NCBI GenBank assembly: GCA_047495785.1
Contig: JBLDXI010000024.1
Span: 3,844,001-3,908,000 of the forward strand
Source: Lepidodermella squamata
Taxonomy: Eukaryota > Animalia > Gastrotricha
Reading direction: 5' to 3'
DNA length: 64,000 bases
The notes below the pieces were generated by a model. That model did not search any database. It saw nothing but the letters and a program-made list of their open reading frames with translations, and had not been told where the DNA came from. Below are positions 33,079 through 45,833 of the stretch, piece after piece. Position 1 is the first letter of the stretch. Every line of letters begins with the position of its first letter. Position numbers and translations under genes: made by a program.

Positions 33079-34773
33079 ATGTTGTTGCTGAAAGTTAGTC
33101 GCTCCATCGGCATTCAAGTTAAAAAGTTACTATCATCGATAGCCGCTCAATCAGAGACGCCATCGGGTCTCCACTCTGTCCGACAGTCACCCCAGCTGAT
33201 CGGCGAGTTATTCAAGCGACTGTCTGCATTTTCATATGTCGGCTGCAGATCGCGGCATCCATTGATGTCTCTCCCTTTGAATCATCGCATCATCCTTATC
33301 GAGTACAGCTCACCAAACATTGCGAAGCCTTTACATGCTGGTCATTTGCGCTCCACTGTTATCGGCAATGTTCTTTCTAATTTGTATTGCGCTGCTGGCC
33401 ATTCAGTGTTGCGACTAAATTATGTCGGCGATTGCGGGACTCAGTTTGCAATTATTGGCACGTCGTTGTCGAAGGAAGATGCGAGTAAGTTACTTAACGC
33501 TTCAAAAGCAGATTCGAATCACATAATTCAATGGTTGCTTCAAAAATACATCGCTCAATCGGCGATCGTCTCCCCGTCAAAAGGTTCAACTCCCCACCCA
33601 GACCATGCCAAGGTCAAACAACAAGTTGATGAATGGCATCGTCGGTTTGAAGCCGAAGATCCCGAAATTCGTCGAATTTGGCACGCGATTCGCGAACACA
33701 GCCTTCATGATTTGCTAACAATGTACCATCGACTCGAAGTAAAATTTGACTATGTCGAATACGAGTCGGATTACATTCATAAAGCTCGCGATTTGGCAGT
33801 TAAGCTTGCAAATGAACATCATCGCGGCATGAAAGTTCATAAATCTGAGGAAAACGATAGTTATTTTGTGAAATTGAAGGCGAATTCGCAAAATGACCCT
33901 GAGCAAGGCCGCTCGAGGGTTTTTCTGAAATCTGATGGCTCTACAGTTTATTTATCGCGAGATGTTGCCGCATTATCTAGTCGCCTCGAGAAATTCAAGA
34001 AAATTTTCGATGGCTACTTTGACTCAGTTCATTACGTTGTTGAAAATGGTCAAACTGAGCATCTGGAAGCCTTGAGAAAAATAGTTTGCGCCATCCGGCC
34101 TGAACATGCTGATACATTGGAGAATTTCCACGTAAAATTCGGCAGAGTTCATGGAATGTCGACTCGAAAAGGCTCTGCTATTCTGCTGTCGGACATTCTA
34201 GACGAAGCTAAATCGCGAATGGAAGCGATTCTTCTCGAAAAATCAACGACCAAAATCGATAAATCGAACCGAGATGAGATTGAACAAGTCGCTGAAAAAC
34301 TTGGCGTTACCGCTGTTGTTGTCAATGATTTGAAGCGGAAACGGCAGGGGGATTATCGTTTTAATTGGGATACCGCCCTTGATTTCGGAGCGGATGGCGG
34401 AATCTGTTTACAATACACTCATGCGCGGCTTTGTTCCATCGAACATCACGCTGGTTTTGTTATCGATAGCGATTTGTCGCTCAATATTGAAGACTTGCTC
34501 AAATCAAACTCAGCCATTAATTTACTAGACCATATGCTCGGTTTTGAATCGACAGTTTTAAAGTGTTTGGATACATTAGAAGCCGGTCCATTGGTTCGTT
34601 TCGCGCTGAAATTGGCCAAGCTATCGAATCAATGCGTCGAAGATCCAACGCTGCGGGTCAAGCATCAAGAACCAATTGTTGCCCAACCGCGGCTTATTTT
34701 GTTCAAATCAGCGCGAAATCTACTAGCTTCTTGCCTAAATATTCTCGGTTTACCTGCGTTGACTCGAGTTTGA
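33079..34773 (+). CDS. RARS2: Arginyl-tRNA synthetase, mitochondrial
   Basis: EYSSPNIAKPLHAGHLRSTVIGN HIGH motif, GMSTRKG, LQYTHARLCSI. Confidence 0.93.
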   Translation: MLLLKVSRSIGIQVKKLLSSIAAQSETPSGLHSVRQSPQLIGELFKRLSAFSYVGCRSRHPLMSLPLNHRIILIEYSSPNIAKPLHAGHLRSTVIGNVLSNLYCAAGHSVLRLNYVGDCGTQFAIIGTSLSKEDASKLLNASKADSNHIIQWLLQKYIAQSAIVSPSKGSTPHPDHAKVKQQVDEWHRRFEAEDPEIRRIWHAIREHSLHDLLTMYHRLEVKFDYVEYESDYIHKARDLAVKLANEHHRGMKVHKSEENDSYFVKLKANSQNDPEQGRSRVFLKSDGSTVYLSRDVAALSSRLEKFKKIFDGYFDSVHYVVENGQTEHLEALRKIVCAIRPEHADTLENFHVKFGRVHGMSTRKGSAILLSDILDEAKSRMEAILLEKSTTKIDKSNRDEIEQVAEKLGVTAVVVNDLKRKRQGDYRFNWDTALDFGADGGICLQYTHARLCSIEHHAGFVIDSDLSLNIEDLLKSNSAINLLDHMLGFESTVLKCLDTLEAGPLVRFALKLAKLSNQCVEDPTLRVKHQEPIVAQPRLILFKSARNLLASCLNILGLPALTRV

Positions 34774-35072
34774 GTCGAGTTATCGCAAAAAATAATTTCC
34801 TATAAAATCAATTTATTGTTTAGATTTAGTATAATCGATAGCTTTCGAATCATTGAAGCCTGTTGTGTCACTATATGCTTTCAATTTGAAACCTTCGGCT
34901 CAAAATAAAAGCGGTTTGGTACGAGAGAAAAAAATTATTGTTATTTTTCGAATTTTTAAAGCTAAACACTTCCTTTCTTAGCACATTTTCACACCTAAGT
35001 TTCAATTATTTTGTTTTAGTTTGATTTTTATTTGCCATTTTGAGTTCCACTTCCTCTTCTAATTTCGAGAGA

Positions 35073-37482
35073 ATGAGTCGTTCGGGGCTCGGTCGCTTCG
35101 TCGTCATCGGCGGCGTGCGAGTTTTCCCTCGTCAAATCATGTTTCTCCCCCTTCTTATCCTCGCTATCTTCGTTCTCGGCCACGTCTTCCTTCGTCTAAC
35201 AACCACCCGGGTCGCTGAATGGACAGTCCAGATTTCTTCACTACATAACCGCGAAAACAAGCAGGCCTGCGTCCAGCCAGAAATCGACCCGAACGCCTTA
35301 CCACCCGAATTGATCACCCCAGCGCCGGCACCCCTGGACTGCCAGGCCGCCTCGGCTACGAATGACGCCGATTGGCTGCGGATCAACGACGATGGCAGCG
35401 TTGGTTTTCATCCAGATGCAGCTCAAGCTATCAAAATTTCGTCTAATCAAGCCGTTGAGTGCGATATTCTTCCTGTTTTACGAGGTAGGTCATTTTCCTA
35501 ATTAAATAGGATTTTTTGAACATCTTGGTAAATTTTTGAAAAATTCTGTCGGAATTTTTTAAACACTATTTTTCTTAATTTTAGACGGTGATGACGGTGT
35601 GAAATATGGCGATTCTATGGGGAAATTATCATCACGTAATATGGACCAGACATTGCAATTAGGCGATGAAGTCTACACGATTCTGAGCCGTTGCACTGCG
35701 CAAGAAGCATTGAAAATCGGCAAAGCATCTTCTTCGAAACAAGAACGCGTTTATTTCGGCGTAACACCTCGAAAATCTGTCCTCAATCGCATCAGTCAGG
35801 CCCCGCCGACTAAAGAAAAGCCGTATAATGTTGTCATAATAATGGTCGATAGCATGTCTAGAGCGGCGTGGCAGCGGTATCTAAAATCGACGGTTGATTA
35901 CTTTACGAAAGATTTGAAAGGCACAGTGCTTGAGGGGTACAATATTGTGGGCGATGGCACGCCGCAGAATATGTTTCCGCTGCTGATGGGCCTCAGCGAG
36001 TTTGAAATGCCGGAGGCGAGACGTTTCCAGCCTGGAGCGAAACCGCTCGATGATCTTCCATGGCTGTTCAAAGTAAGTCAAACCAAGCGAAATGTTCGCA
36101 AATTCGTGTAGTAGGGTCTTGATTTGCAATTTGATTCGAAAAATTATTATAAAATCATTGGTTTTTTTTTAGATTTGAAAATTTGAAATAAAAATTTAGT
36201 TCGATAAAATTTCAATTTTCGTTGAAAAAATTTAATTAAGGCGGAATTTTTATTATACATTTTTTTATTTTGATTCATTTTTTTCAAGACCTATCGCGAC
36301 AACGGCTATGTGACTATGGCAACTGAAGACATGCCGATGTTTTCAATGTACAACTATCGATTTGTCGGATTCGAATCGCCCCCAGTCGATTTCTACACCC
36401 GGCCGTTCTATCTAGCCCTGGCGAAAAATCAACCAGTCTGGCAGTCGCTCGGCATTGTCCGCGATTTCTGCTACGGCAACCGCCCAAAACACTTGCTGCC
36501 CTTCGATTGGGTGAAACAAATGTTCCGGGTCTATAAAAATGTCCCGAAATTCGCTTTGTTAACCCATGCCGAGTTGACCCACGACGATAACGCGAAAGCT
36601 AATTGGGCGGATTCTGATTTGAAACAACTTCTGAAGTCATTTCACGACGAGAATTATCTGGAAAACACGTTTGTACTTATGCTATCGGATCATGGCGCTC
36701 GTTACGATAATTTAAGAGCGACTTTACAGGGTAAATTAGAGGAAAGACTGCCATTTGTCGGTTTACTTGTCCCGCCGAAATTTGCGGAAAATCACCCTGC
36801 TGAATATAAGGCGATAACTGAGGTGAATCAAAAGAGGCTAGCTTCGCCTTACGATATACACGCGACTTTTGTCGATTTACTGGAAATGACGCTGGGCAAG
36901 CAGAAAATTGAAAGAAGCCCGGTTACCCCTGTCCCGGACCGAGCGTTGAGTTTGTTCAAAGAAGTACCGCTACAACGAACTTGCGACCACGCGAGGATTG
37001 AATCGCATTGGTGCGCTTGCATCGCCTGGATTTCCGTCAAGCGTGACGATTCGATTGCTCGCAAGGCGTCGGAACACGTGTTGTCTTACATTAATTCGTT
37101 AACTGCCGGCGCCGGGGCGTTGTGCTCGAAATTAGAATTCGGTTCGATTATTTCAGCCGAAATGCTAGCGCCCAATGACGATTTATTACGCTTCCGGCAA
37201 ACCAACGACCGTGACGGGTATAAAGCTGATATGTCTGATACGATGGTAGCCGCTCAGGTGATTTATCAGGTCACGTTTGAGTCGCTGCCTAATCACGGCA
37301 AATTCTTCGCAACTGTAACATACTGGCCGCGGACTGCGTTGTTCACGTTCGACGGCAGTAAGGCCCTATCGAGGCTAGACCGGTACGGCAGCCAGCCGTG
37401 GTGTGTTGTTCAGTCTCATCCGCAGTTGCGGCCGTTTTGTTACTGTGCTGAGCAGAAAATGGTTGAGGCGAAAACTCAGTAG
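35073..37482 (+). CDS. DUF229 family type II membrane protein (alkaline phosphatase/sulfatase-like), 3 exons
   Basis: NVVIIMVDSMSR, GYNIVGDGT, LSDHGARY, GKLEERLP, LASPYDIHAT, HWCAC, SRLDRYG..C, FCYC. Confidence 0.9.
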
Positions 37483-38122
37483 TTGATTTCTTCTTATCGA
37501 AACCTAAAGTCAAAACTGCATTCCGGTTTTACAACTATTGTATCTTTCTTGTCGTTTTTCATTGATGGGAATAAGGCGATGACTGATCAAAAGAATTTTC
37601 TTCCCTTTCTCGGCGTGTTTTCAAGTCTGAAATTTTGAAGTCTTGTCAGTCGATCGGTGAAAGAGTTTTTGTTATCATGCTGCTCCTCGTTTGATAGCTT
37701 GACTCAAGTCTTCGATATTACTCGCTCATAAAAAAATTGATTATAAATCTCAAAAATCATGGGCTTTGAAAAACCTTGCGGAGAAAAATCCTCTTTAAGG
37801 CGGATTTTTCCGAGATGAAACTCTTGCGAATTCGTGTTTTTTTATATCATGTGTAGAAAAAGTGAGCTGTAAAAAACTAGTGAATATTGTGCATTTTGTG
37901 GAAATTTCTTGTGCAGAAAAATGAAGAAGCACTCTCTTTTGCAAGCTCCATTGCTCAATTGTGCATACATGTTTACTGTCGAATTTATTCGGATAGTTTC
38001 TTGTCGGCTAATTATTTATAATATTATCTCGTAGAATTGTTGATGTTTGACAAAAAATTGAGTGAATAAATCATGTTGACAGGATTTTTTGTCGTTTTTT
38101 TAGGTGATTTTTTGAGTGAAAA

Positions 38123-39332
38123 ATGCCATACGCCAACCAGCCTCGAATTACAGTATCGACCGAAAGCTCGAATGAAAACCTGAAATTTATCCTGGAAGAC
38201 ACGGATTTAAGGTGGATACAAAATTGAAGAAAAAAACCAAAATTAATTTGAATTTTTTTCGCAGTGTTGCGAATAGTTTGAGGCGTGTTTTCATTGCTGA
38301 GACGCCGACCCTCGCCATTGACTGGGTTCAAGTCGAGATGAATACAACGGTGCTGCACGACGAGTTCATCGTGCACCGGCTCGGTTTGATCCCGCTGACG
38401 TCGGACGAAGTTGTCGACAAAATGGTCTACTCGCGTGACTGCTCGTGCACGCAGTTTTGCGACAACTGTTCCGTTGAGTTTCAACTCGACGTTCGCTGCG
38501 CCGAGGATATCACGCGAAATGTTACGTCGGCTGATTTACGCTCGACTAACCCATTGTGCGTGCCGGTGCCGAGTGCTCGCGCTAACGAAAGCGAACGGTC
38601 TTACGTTGAAAGCGACGGTAGGTTACACAAAATATTCATTTTTAAATTAATTAATTAATGATTGAATTTATTTAAAACGTGAATTTCGGTCGAATTTTCG
38701 AGATAATTGGATTTCAATGCAAATTTTATGAGCAGTTTATATATCGCATATATTTAGATATTCTGATTTGCAAGCTGCGCAAGGGTCAAGAGTTGCGAAT
38801 CAAGGCGTACGCCCGCAAAGGCTTCGGAAAGGAGCACGCCAAGTGGAACCCGACGGCCGGCGTCGCGTTCGAGTACGACCCGGATAACATTTTGCGCCAC
38901 ACGACTTATCCGAACCCGGCCGAGTGGCACAAATCCGAGTACAGCGATTTGCACACCGATGAACGTGAGAAAATTTCAAGTTTTTTAATTTTTTAATTAA
39001 TTTAAATTTAATTTTTCTCAACTTCTTTTATTGGGTATGTAAATTTTCGGTAATTTGAGATTTTTCTGAATTTTTTTTCAATTTTTATTCCACATTTCTA
39101 AAATTTTCCAAATTTATGGATTCTCAATTTCTTTTGTATTTGCATTTCAGTCGAGGCTCCTTTCGATGTCAAGGCCAAGCCGAATAAGTTCTACTACAAC
39201 GTTGAGTCTGTCGGCTCGCTGCGTCCTGAAACCATTGTCCTGACCGGTATTAAAGTGCTCAAGAACAAACTGGCGGATCTACAAGCACAGCTTCGCGCCG
39301 AACAGTCCGCATCTGCTCTTCAAATCCAGTGA
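38123..39332 (+). CDS. POLR2C: RNA polymerase II subunit RPB3, 4 exons
   Basis: MPYANQP start, [53 protein letters not shown]. Confidence 0.97.
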
Positions 39333-39522
39333 AAAAAATCTGTCATCTAGTGATTTTCATTCATTTCGTGTTTCTGTGGTTTTTATCTTGACATTTTTTG
39401 CGATAATAAAAAGCAATTGAAGAAGGCAAAAACTGTTATTCTTTTGTTTATTGAATAAATTATTTCTTCCAATACTGTTTCGAATCAAAATATTGCAAGC
39501 AGTAAGAAAGACATCGCATTTT

Positions 39523-40070
39523 TCACGGAATGACGAGCAGCGACGCTCGAGCCAGGGCCTCAGTGCCACCGTTAAGCAGGCAAACGCGTGACATCATAAA
39601 ATCAACGACCAAATGCCGTGCGAATTCCGCCGCACCGCCGTAACCAGCCTTCGAGTTGCAAACAATCACAACAGTCGCCCCGCCCGGCGAAACCGGCGTG
39701 CTGCCGCTCGATTTCACCGAATCGGCCAAACCAGGCGAGGCGGGCATATTATGTTGCCCGGATGTGCATTCAATTATCAGGCGTTGCAGCTGTGGATCCA
39801 AATCGGCGCCAGGGACATTAGCGCTGGTATATTGATCGAACCCGGGTAAGCCCCGCGGCCGAATTCTTCCGGTGATCTGATGTCAATTACGACTAATTTG
39901 TTTAAAATCGCATCTTTCCCGTGCCAGAAGTGTTGTAGATCAGCCACACTGATCCGGCCACACGGGTCTGTGTCATTCGCGGAAATTAAGGCGGCTGCTA
40001 CTGCTTTTCTCGCCGATTTTCGCAGCAAAATGTGGTCGGGAGTTTTCGATTGATGTTGCGAAATGGGATC
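39523..40070 (-). pseudogene. Orphan, frameshifted rhodanese-domain exon resembling the TBCK C-terminus
   Basis: RISVADL, LVVIDIRSPEEFGRGAYPGSINIP, AAEFARHLV, VCLLNGG; frame shift near 39820; no upstream kinase or TBC exons found. Confidence 0.65.
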
Positions 40071-40713
40071 CTATTGGGATGTTTAGGGTTGTGCTATGGT
40101 GTGCCTTTAGGTCAATAACTCAATAAAGAGAGCAACTATAATCAATCGCAATCAATCTGGTGCATTTATCCGTTTTTAATTTTAGCTTACTAAATTTATT
40201 AATTATTTAATATATCGCGATTTATAGACCATGTGATTTCGATTTATAGCTCGACATTCATTAACGGACTGTTGTTCATTTTTAAGCACTATGCGAAAAA
40301 TAACCATCCCCTAGCTCTCGTTCGTTTTTCAAGAACTGATCATGCATATTCACATTAACGAAACCTGGCTGCATATCAAATAATCAAAATTGAAGGGTCC
40401 ACAGGTGATTAAAGAGTTCGCTGAAATATGCGCATCAGGAGATTTTATTACGCCATAGACCATATGTGCTGGCCCTGGATCGATCAATCAAGAGCATGAT
40501 TTTTTTCTCACTATACAATTACAGCGGCCGAAAACCGATAAGACTAGAAATTGTTGTTAGAACGCCATGGTAAAATTTCATTTTGTTCGTTCCATGCCAC
40601 ACGTGGAAAAAATGAGCTAAATTTTGCAACTGAGTAGTTTTTTCCACTCTTTGAATTAAGTTTTTTGATAATATTATACCTATCTTGATCTGTAGATTTT
40701 GAGCCCATTACAC

Positions 40714-42127
40714 ATGAATAAGTCCCACGATGGTTCGTGGGTTTATGCAGTAATTCCAGAACATGGCTACGTTGAAGGCCGGTATTGGTTCATCGGAAAC
40801 GTCAATACCCCCTTTCAGAGTCTTGAAAATCGCCTTGCATCCACAATTTTATGCTGGATCGTGACTGTACTGGTCGTCATTGCAGGCTCAACTAATGTTA
40901 TCAGTTACTACAAACGTGAAATTCGGGCCGATTTTACAGCCCTAGTAGCTATTTTCGCCTTTGTCAATTCGGCTTATTGCATTATCACATCTACCATGCT
41001 TACTCTGACTACTCGATTCGGTTATTGGGAGGGTGATCACAACTCCTGTTCGGTATTAACAGCAGTAATTTACATTTTAGCAAGCTTCTGCTCTCCTGTG
41101 TTGATGCTGATAAGCTACGAACGCCGATTGAGCATCACGTCTTTGGTCCCGAATCCACGAGGAAATGTTAAAAAAGTTATAGCCCAAGCTACATTGGCCG
41201 TACTAGTAGTCACGATCATCCACTTCCCGTCGGTGATATACCCATACCACGGCAGCGTTCAACACATCGAAATTTCGAGTCAAAACCTGTCTTTTGTTGC
41301 CCCGATATGCAGCTTATTTGAATTCAAACTTGGCTACCTGGATACTTCATTTGTTAGGCTCATCACATGTGCGACAATCGCCATCGTTCCATCAGCTATT
41401 TTGGCTCGAAACTATTGGTATGTATTTTTTTTACAAGTGACCAGTGACCCATTAAACAAGGACACTATATCGATTTTACAAATAGTGATTTTCCGATATA
41501 CGTATAAATTAAAAAAAAATCCTACTTGCCCTAGGGTACGAGTGTTGAAATCCCAGGGTTGAAGGATCCATCCAGCATTATCGATCGCGTAGGAAAAAGT
41601 CAAATCGAAAAATGTAACGCTGGAAACTGGAAACCCAATTTTATAGGTTTAGGCATATATTTCAGTTAAATGTTATACAAGTAGCTATTTTTCTTCCCAT
41701 TTAAAGGATGACTTTTAGAGTTATTCAAAGCGCGAGGCGAAAATCTAGGACGTTTGGAAATGCGCCACTCGAAGCGAAGTCTACGCGTCGAGAGGCTGAT
41801 TGGCTGCAAAAGGAGTCGTTTTTCGCGCAGATTTTCCTATGCTCCTTCCTAACGCATACGATGTTCCGTTTGCCGATAACTTTCTGCTTCATTTTAATGA
41901 CATTTCACGACGACCCCTTCGCGCGGAAAATTCTTACTGCTGAGTTGTTCAGTGCCGCTAATTTGATCATGATGACCGAGATGGCGATCGGGCCGGTTCT
42001 TCAAACACTGAAACCTGGGTTTTTGGGACAGCTGAAGAACTTCGTTTGCTTGAAACCTCGTCTTCTTGATGAAAATGATCAGTTGGCATCTGATGAGACA
42101 AGCGAAAAATTACAAAATGGCAAATGA
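40714..42127 (+). CDS. Orphan rhodopsin-like (class A) GPCR; intron 41418-41706
   Basis: Seven hydrophobic segments, TM3 Cys, ISYERR (DRY-like), ECL2 Cys, NYW|MTFRVI junction, TM6 LP, TM7 GP. Confidence 0.8.
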
Positions 42128-42462
42128 AATGTACGGAAATTTAAATCGCTGAAATTAAAATTAAAATATTTTTATTAAGTATTATTTTATTTAAACTTGT
42201 TTATTTAAATTAAGCATAGCCATTCTTCAGCTTAAGCGAATATTGATATTGATTTGCAGCAAAAATGTTTCGCTCTTACTCTTAAAGCGAGATCGAAATG
42301 CAATCCGACTCGCACACGGGCGCGCTTGGCTGACATGCTTCCTATTTGATGAGAAATACGACAACTTTGACTTTGATGGGTAAAAATGAACGAGCCACTG
42401 TAAATATTTGAATATTACATTTTTCAAGAATAAAACTTCGAATTGCCAGCTGAGCCGATGAG

Positions 42463-42765
42463 ATGAATACTTCTCACGATGGTTCATGGATTTTTGCAGT
42501 AATTTCAGGCCATGGGTAAGATCGCCTCACATTCACAATTTTAAACTGGCGAGTGACAGTCATCGCAAGCGCAGCTGATATCATTGTTTACTACAGCAGA
42601 CAAGTTCGCAGCACTTTGTTGGCTCTAATTACAATGTTCGCCATCATCTACCTCTCGTATTGCTTCGTTACGTCAACTGCAGTCACCCTGACTGCTCGTA
42701 GCGAATTCTGGGAGGGTGATCAATACTCTAGTTCGGCATTGGCAGCAATAATTTATATTCTCGTA
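42463..42765 (+). pseudogene. Truncated, deleted paralog of exon 1 of the adjacent class A GPCR
   Basis: Aligns with 40714-41080 (SHDGSW, YYxR, FWEGD, AIIYIL) with internal deletions. Confidence 0.8.
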
Positions 42766-43144
42766 AAATTGAGGAAAGAAAAAACAAAATAGCCAACCAA
42801 GGTAAAGGTGATATAGGCACATTTTTTTAACGTTCAGCCTATGCAACTTGAACCATGAACCATAAAAAATAGCTTCTAACATCGTCCGTTTCACCATGAA
42901 GAAATCTGAGATTGCGCTTAATCTCTCAAATTTTAACTTGATTTGAAAGCACTCAACAATTCCTCCTTAAAACCTTCGAAAATATTCAACGTTAACAGCT
43001 GATAACAAACAAAAATTTAGCTCGAGGCTGAAAATTAAAAAAAATTGCATTGGTTCAACAAAATTCTTTATTACTTTGAAGTTCAAACTAATAAACAAGA
43101 AAAAATCGAGTGACTAAATAAACATGCAGATGTACTTCTTTTCG

Positions 43145-44569
43145 TCATGCAATCATCAACCGGAGATATTCAAGCGCTTTTAGAGCGGCGTCACGTTTCG
43201 CTGAGTCAGTATCAGCACCTTCACCGAGAAATACCGACATTGGCTTGGTAGTGAGTTCGCATAACACGAACTTCGAATCACAGCTAGACGGCGCTTGCCA
43301 TTCGTTGTACGCGGCCGACCACTTGTTTTCCCGCATGATTTTTTCGAGGAGAGGCACCGCATCAGGCAGGGTAAGCCAGTCGGGTTTAGCTTCGACTATC
43401 GCTTTGTCGCTATCAGCCGCGCCAGGGCCAATGAAGGGCGGGTGCTTTTTCAGAGCCATTGTCATTGATTTCGAGCGTTTCCGAAGGCGGTTTGAAAATT
43501 CCATCAACTCAACGCCAGCATTGGGTTCAAGCGGACGGATCGAATCGGCGTAACGGCACAAAAATCCCAAATCCTAGTAAAGAAAAAGCGTCAAAAATTC
43601 GAATTTCCAATTTTTAAAATCACCGCTTTTACGAAATTTACGAAAAATTACTTACGACTTAGTTGTTGGGCGTGAATTTAAAAAAATTAAGTTTAAAGGA
43701 ATACCATAAAGTCGAAGAGCCCATTTTTAGACAAATCTAGTGCAGGAGCCTCAAATTAAGTACTCAAACCCTTTAAGGTGTGCTTTCGTAAAAAAAACTC
43801 TCTATAATCCAGGCATTTGTCTCGACTACGCCTATTTTACTTACAATTGGAATGCATTCCTCCTCTTCCTCGACAAGCCGTTTTTCCGTCGCACCTTCCG
43901 CAGTGTTCACTCCACCCTCCGCATCACCGCCCTCCAGTTGCAGAATCTCCAATTGCCGCAACATATTGATAGCCGCTAGTCTTTTGGCTGTTTTCTTCGA
44001 TCGAGCGAAGCCTTTTTCGGTGAATCGACCCAAAGTGACCGTGCAAACGAATTCGCGAGGGTGGTTTGTATCGCCTGATTCGGTGCATGAAAAATCGAAA
44101 ACCGGCGGTTGCATCAATCTTTTCTGGGTGAATTCTTGCAAGCGCCCGACTGGATTTGCTATTTCATTGCCAGTTGAATCGAAAACATTCCTATTTGATT
44201 TCAATTTTTCCCTAAAATATAGGTGGATAAGAGCAAATCTTACGATGGAGCATTAGGATCTTTGTAATCCTCAGCAACAACTCCCATTTCTTGTAGCATT
44301 TGAAGGGATGCATCTTGTTTCGCCTTCTTTTTACTCGTTCCTATAGAAGAGAGAGAAAAAATGCTCAACGATGTTTTAACGAATTTGTGTGAACAAAATG
44401 ACCTACCTCTCCCTGTAACTGTCGTATCATTTACTGTCAATCGAAAAACGAAAAGTGGTTCGTGAACCGGGCCTTCATTCGCTACTAGTGAAAATTGAGG
44501 AATAACTGATCGCTTTTGACAAACTTCGATAAGGTAAGAAACTGGCGATTTTCCCGTTGGGACAGCCAT
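43145..44569 (-). CDS. Three-dsRBD protein of the TARBP2/PRKRA/Loquacious family
   Basis: dsRBD1 GKSPVSYL..EGPVHEP..SKKKAKQ, dsRBD2 NPVGRLQE..SKKTAKR, type-B dsRBD3 ending AALKALEYLRLM. Confidence 0.9.
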
Positions 44570-44852
44570 TTTTCAATCAAACCTAGAAGAACCGGGAAAA
44601 ATTGCTTAGTACTTCTTGAGGATGGAACTAGATTCGCCTATCTCCCTCGAAATTTTCGATATTGGTAATTTTTCAATGCATGGTAAAAATCTAGAAATAA
44701 ATTTGTTTCAAGTGATAATTCTTGCTTGTTAGAATCAAGAGCAACAACAGTAACAAATAATCAATTTAAATTCGAAGAAAAGGCACTGAGATTTGATGTT
44801 TGCAGGGATTATACAGTAAAATACAGTTCGATGTGAATGTAAATGCGAATTT

Positions 44853-45833
44853 TCATTTGACAGATGCTAAAATATCGGCGATTCTCGAGTACAATCTAGC
44901 AGACAAAGGTTCGGCTTGCAATTTGCCGAAAACTCGAGTAATATCAAGAATATCATCTTCTTTGAATTGAGTAATCGAAGATAACATTTTGACAGCCTTG
45001 ACGAAGCGCTCTTGGTCGTAAATTAGAAATACCGATAGACTTGCGATTCCAGATGCTAGGAGCAGGTGATCATGGGCAATTTTGGCGAAGGCAGGAGCAA
45101 ACTTTGGGTCAAAAGTCTGGCCATTAGAAACCAACTCGTAGAGCTCAACGAAAAACACCGGGCGTACAATGTAAAAATAATGCAGGAGCTCTGCCGCAGC
45201 TTCTAACAAGGAATCGTCAGGGGTATTGCAATCAGTTTCGTTCTCAAACACTCGTGTCAAGAATTCGCACAGCATTTCGATGAAAGCAAACGGTGTTGGA
45301 GTAACGGCTGAGTATTCCAGCATCTTCCAGACTCTTACTTCTGAACGGCAAATCGAAGCAAGAGAAAACGACAAGTTCATCTTTGCGAGGCGAGTTTTGA
45401 TGTGTACAGAAGTAATGCATTTTCGCGCCGAAGTTACTTTTGATGCAAGCTGAATGCAAGAGAGCATCCTCAGCGGTGTTTGTGCTGCTATCAGTGTTAA
45501 GAGCTCTTTTTCTGCAGCGTCACGTGCCACATCAAGTGACAAATCTGGAAAAGTTCCACAAAGAGCAGCAACACGAAGGTCAACCTCAACCGGCAAGTTT
45601 TTGTTTTGGCAATACATGAACTTGTTAAACAGTTCTAGAGCAAGAAACCGGCACTCGTAGCTCAAGTCCCACTCTTCAGACACTGAAAATATAAATTCAG
45701 CGTATCGGCTGCATAAGTAATGTCCTCCAAATCCATTAGCTTCATTCATCGCCGTCTCATTTTCAACAACCAAAGAATTAAAAGTGTCCTCGAACAAGAT
45801 GCGCTGCATCAACGTCACGCTTTCTTCGTCCAT
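44853..45833 (-). CDS. CNTD1: Cyclin N-terminal domain-containing protein 1 (meiotic crossover factor, COSA-1 ortholog)
   Basis: AEFIF...RFLALELFNKFM, LRMLSCIQLASK, SE...L.Y, TPFAFIEML, DHLLLASGI. Confidence 0.85.
   Translation of the reverse strand: MDEESVTLMQRILFEDTFNSLVVENETAMNEANGFGGHYLCSRYAEFIFSVSEEWDLSYECRFLALELFNKFMYCQNKNLPVEVDLRVAALCGTFPDLSLDVARDAAEKELLTLIAAQTPLRMLSCIQLASKVTSARKCITSVHIKTRLAKMNLSFSLASICRSEVRVWKMLEYSAVTPTPFAFIEMLCEFLTRVFENETDCNTPDDSLLEAAAELLHYFYIVRPVFFVELYELVSNGQTFDPKFAPAFAKIAHDHLLLASGIASLSVFLIYDQERFVKAVKMLSSITQFKEDDILDITRVFGKLQAEPLSARLYSRIADILASVK

Noticed and set aside
41416-41720. Possible in-frame TGA (selenocysteine) created at the GPCR splice junction
   Set aside because: The upstream acceptor at 41706 has the better pyrimidine tract and gives TGG (Trp) in frame
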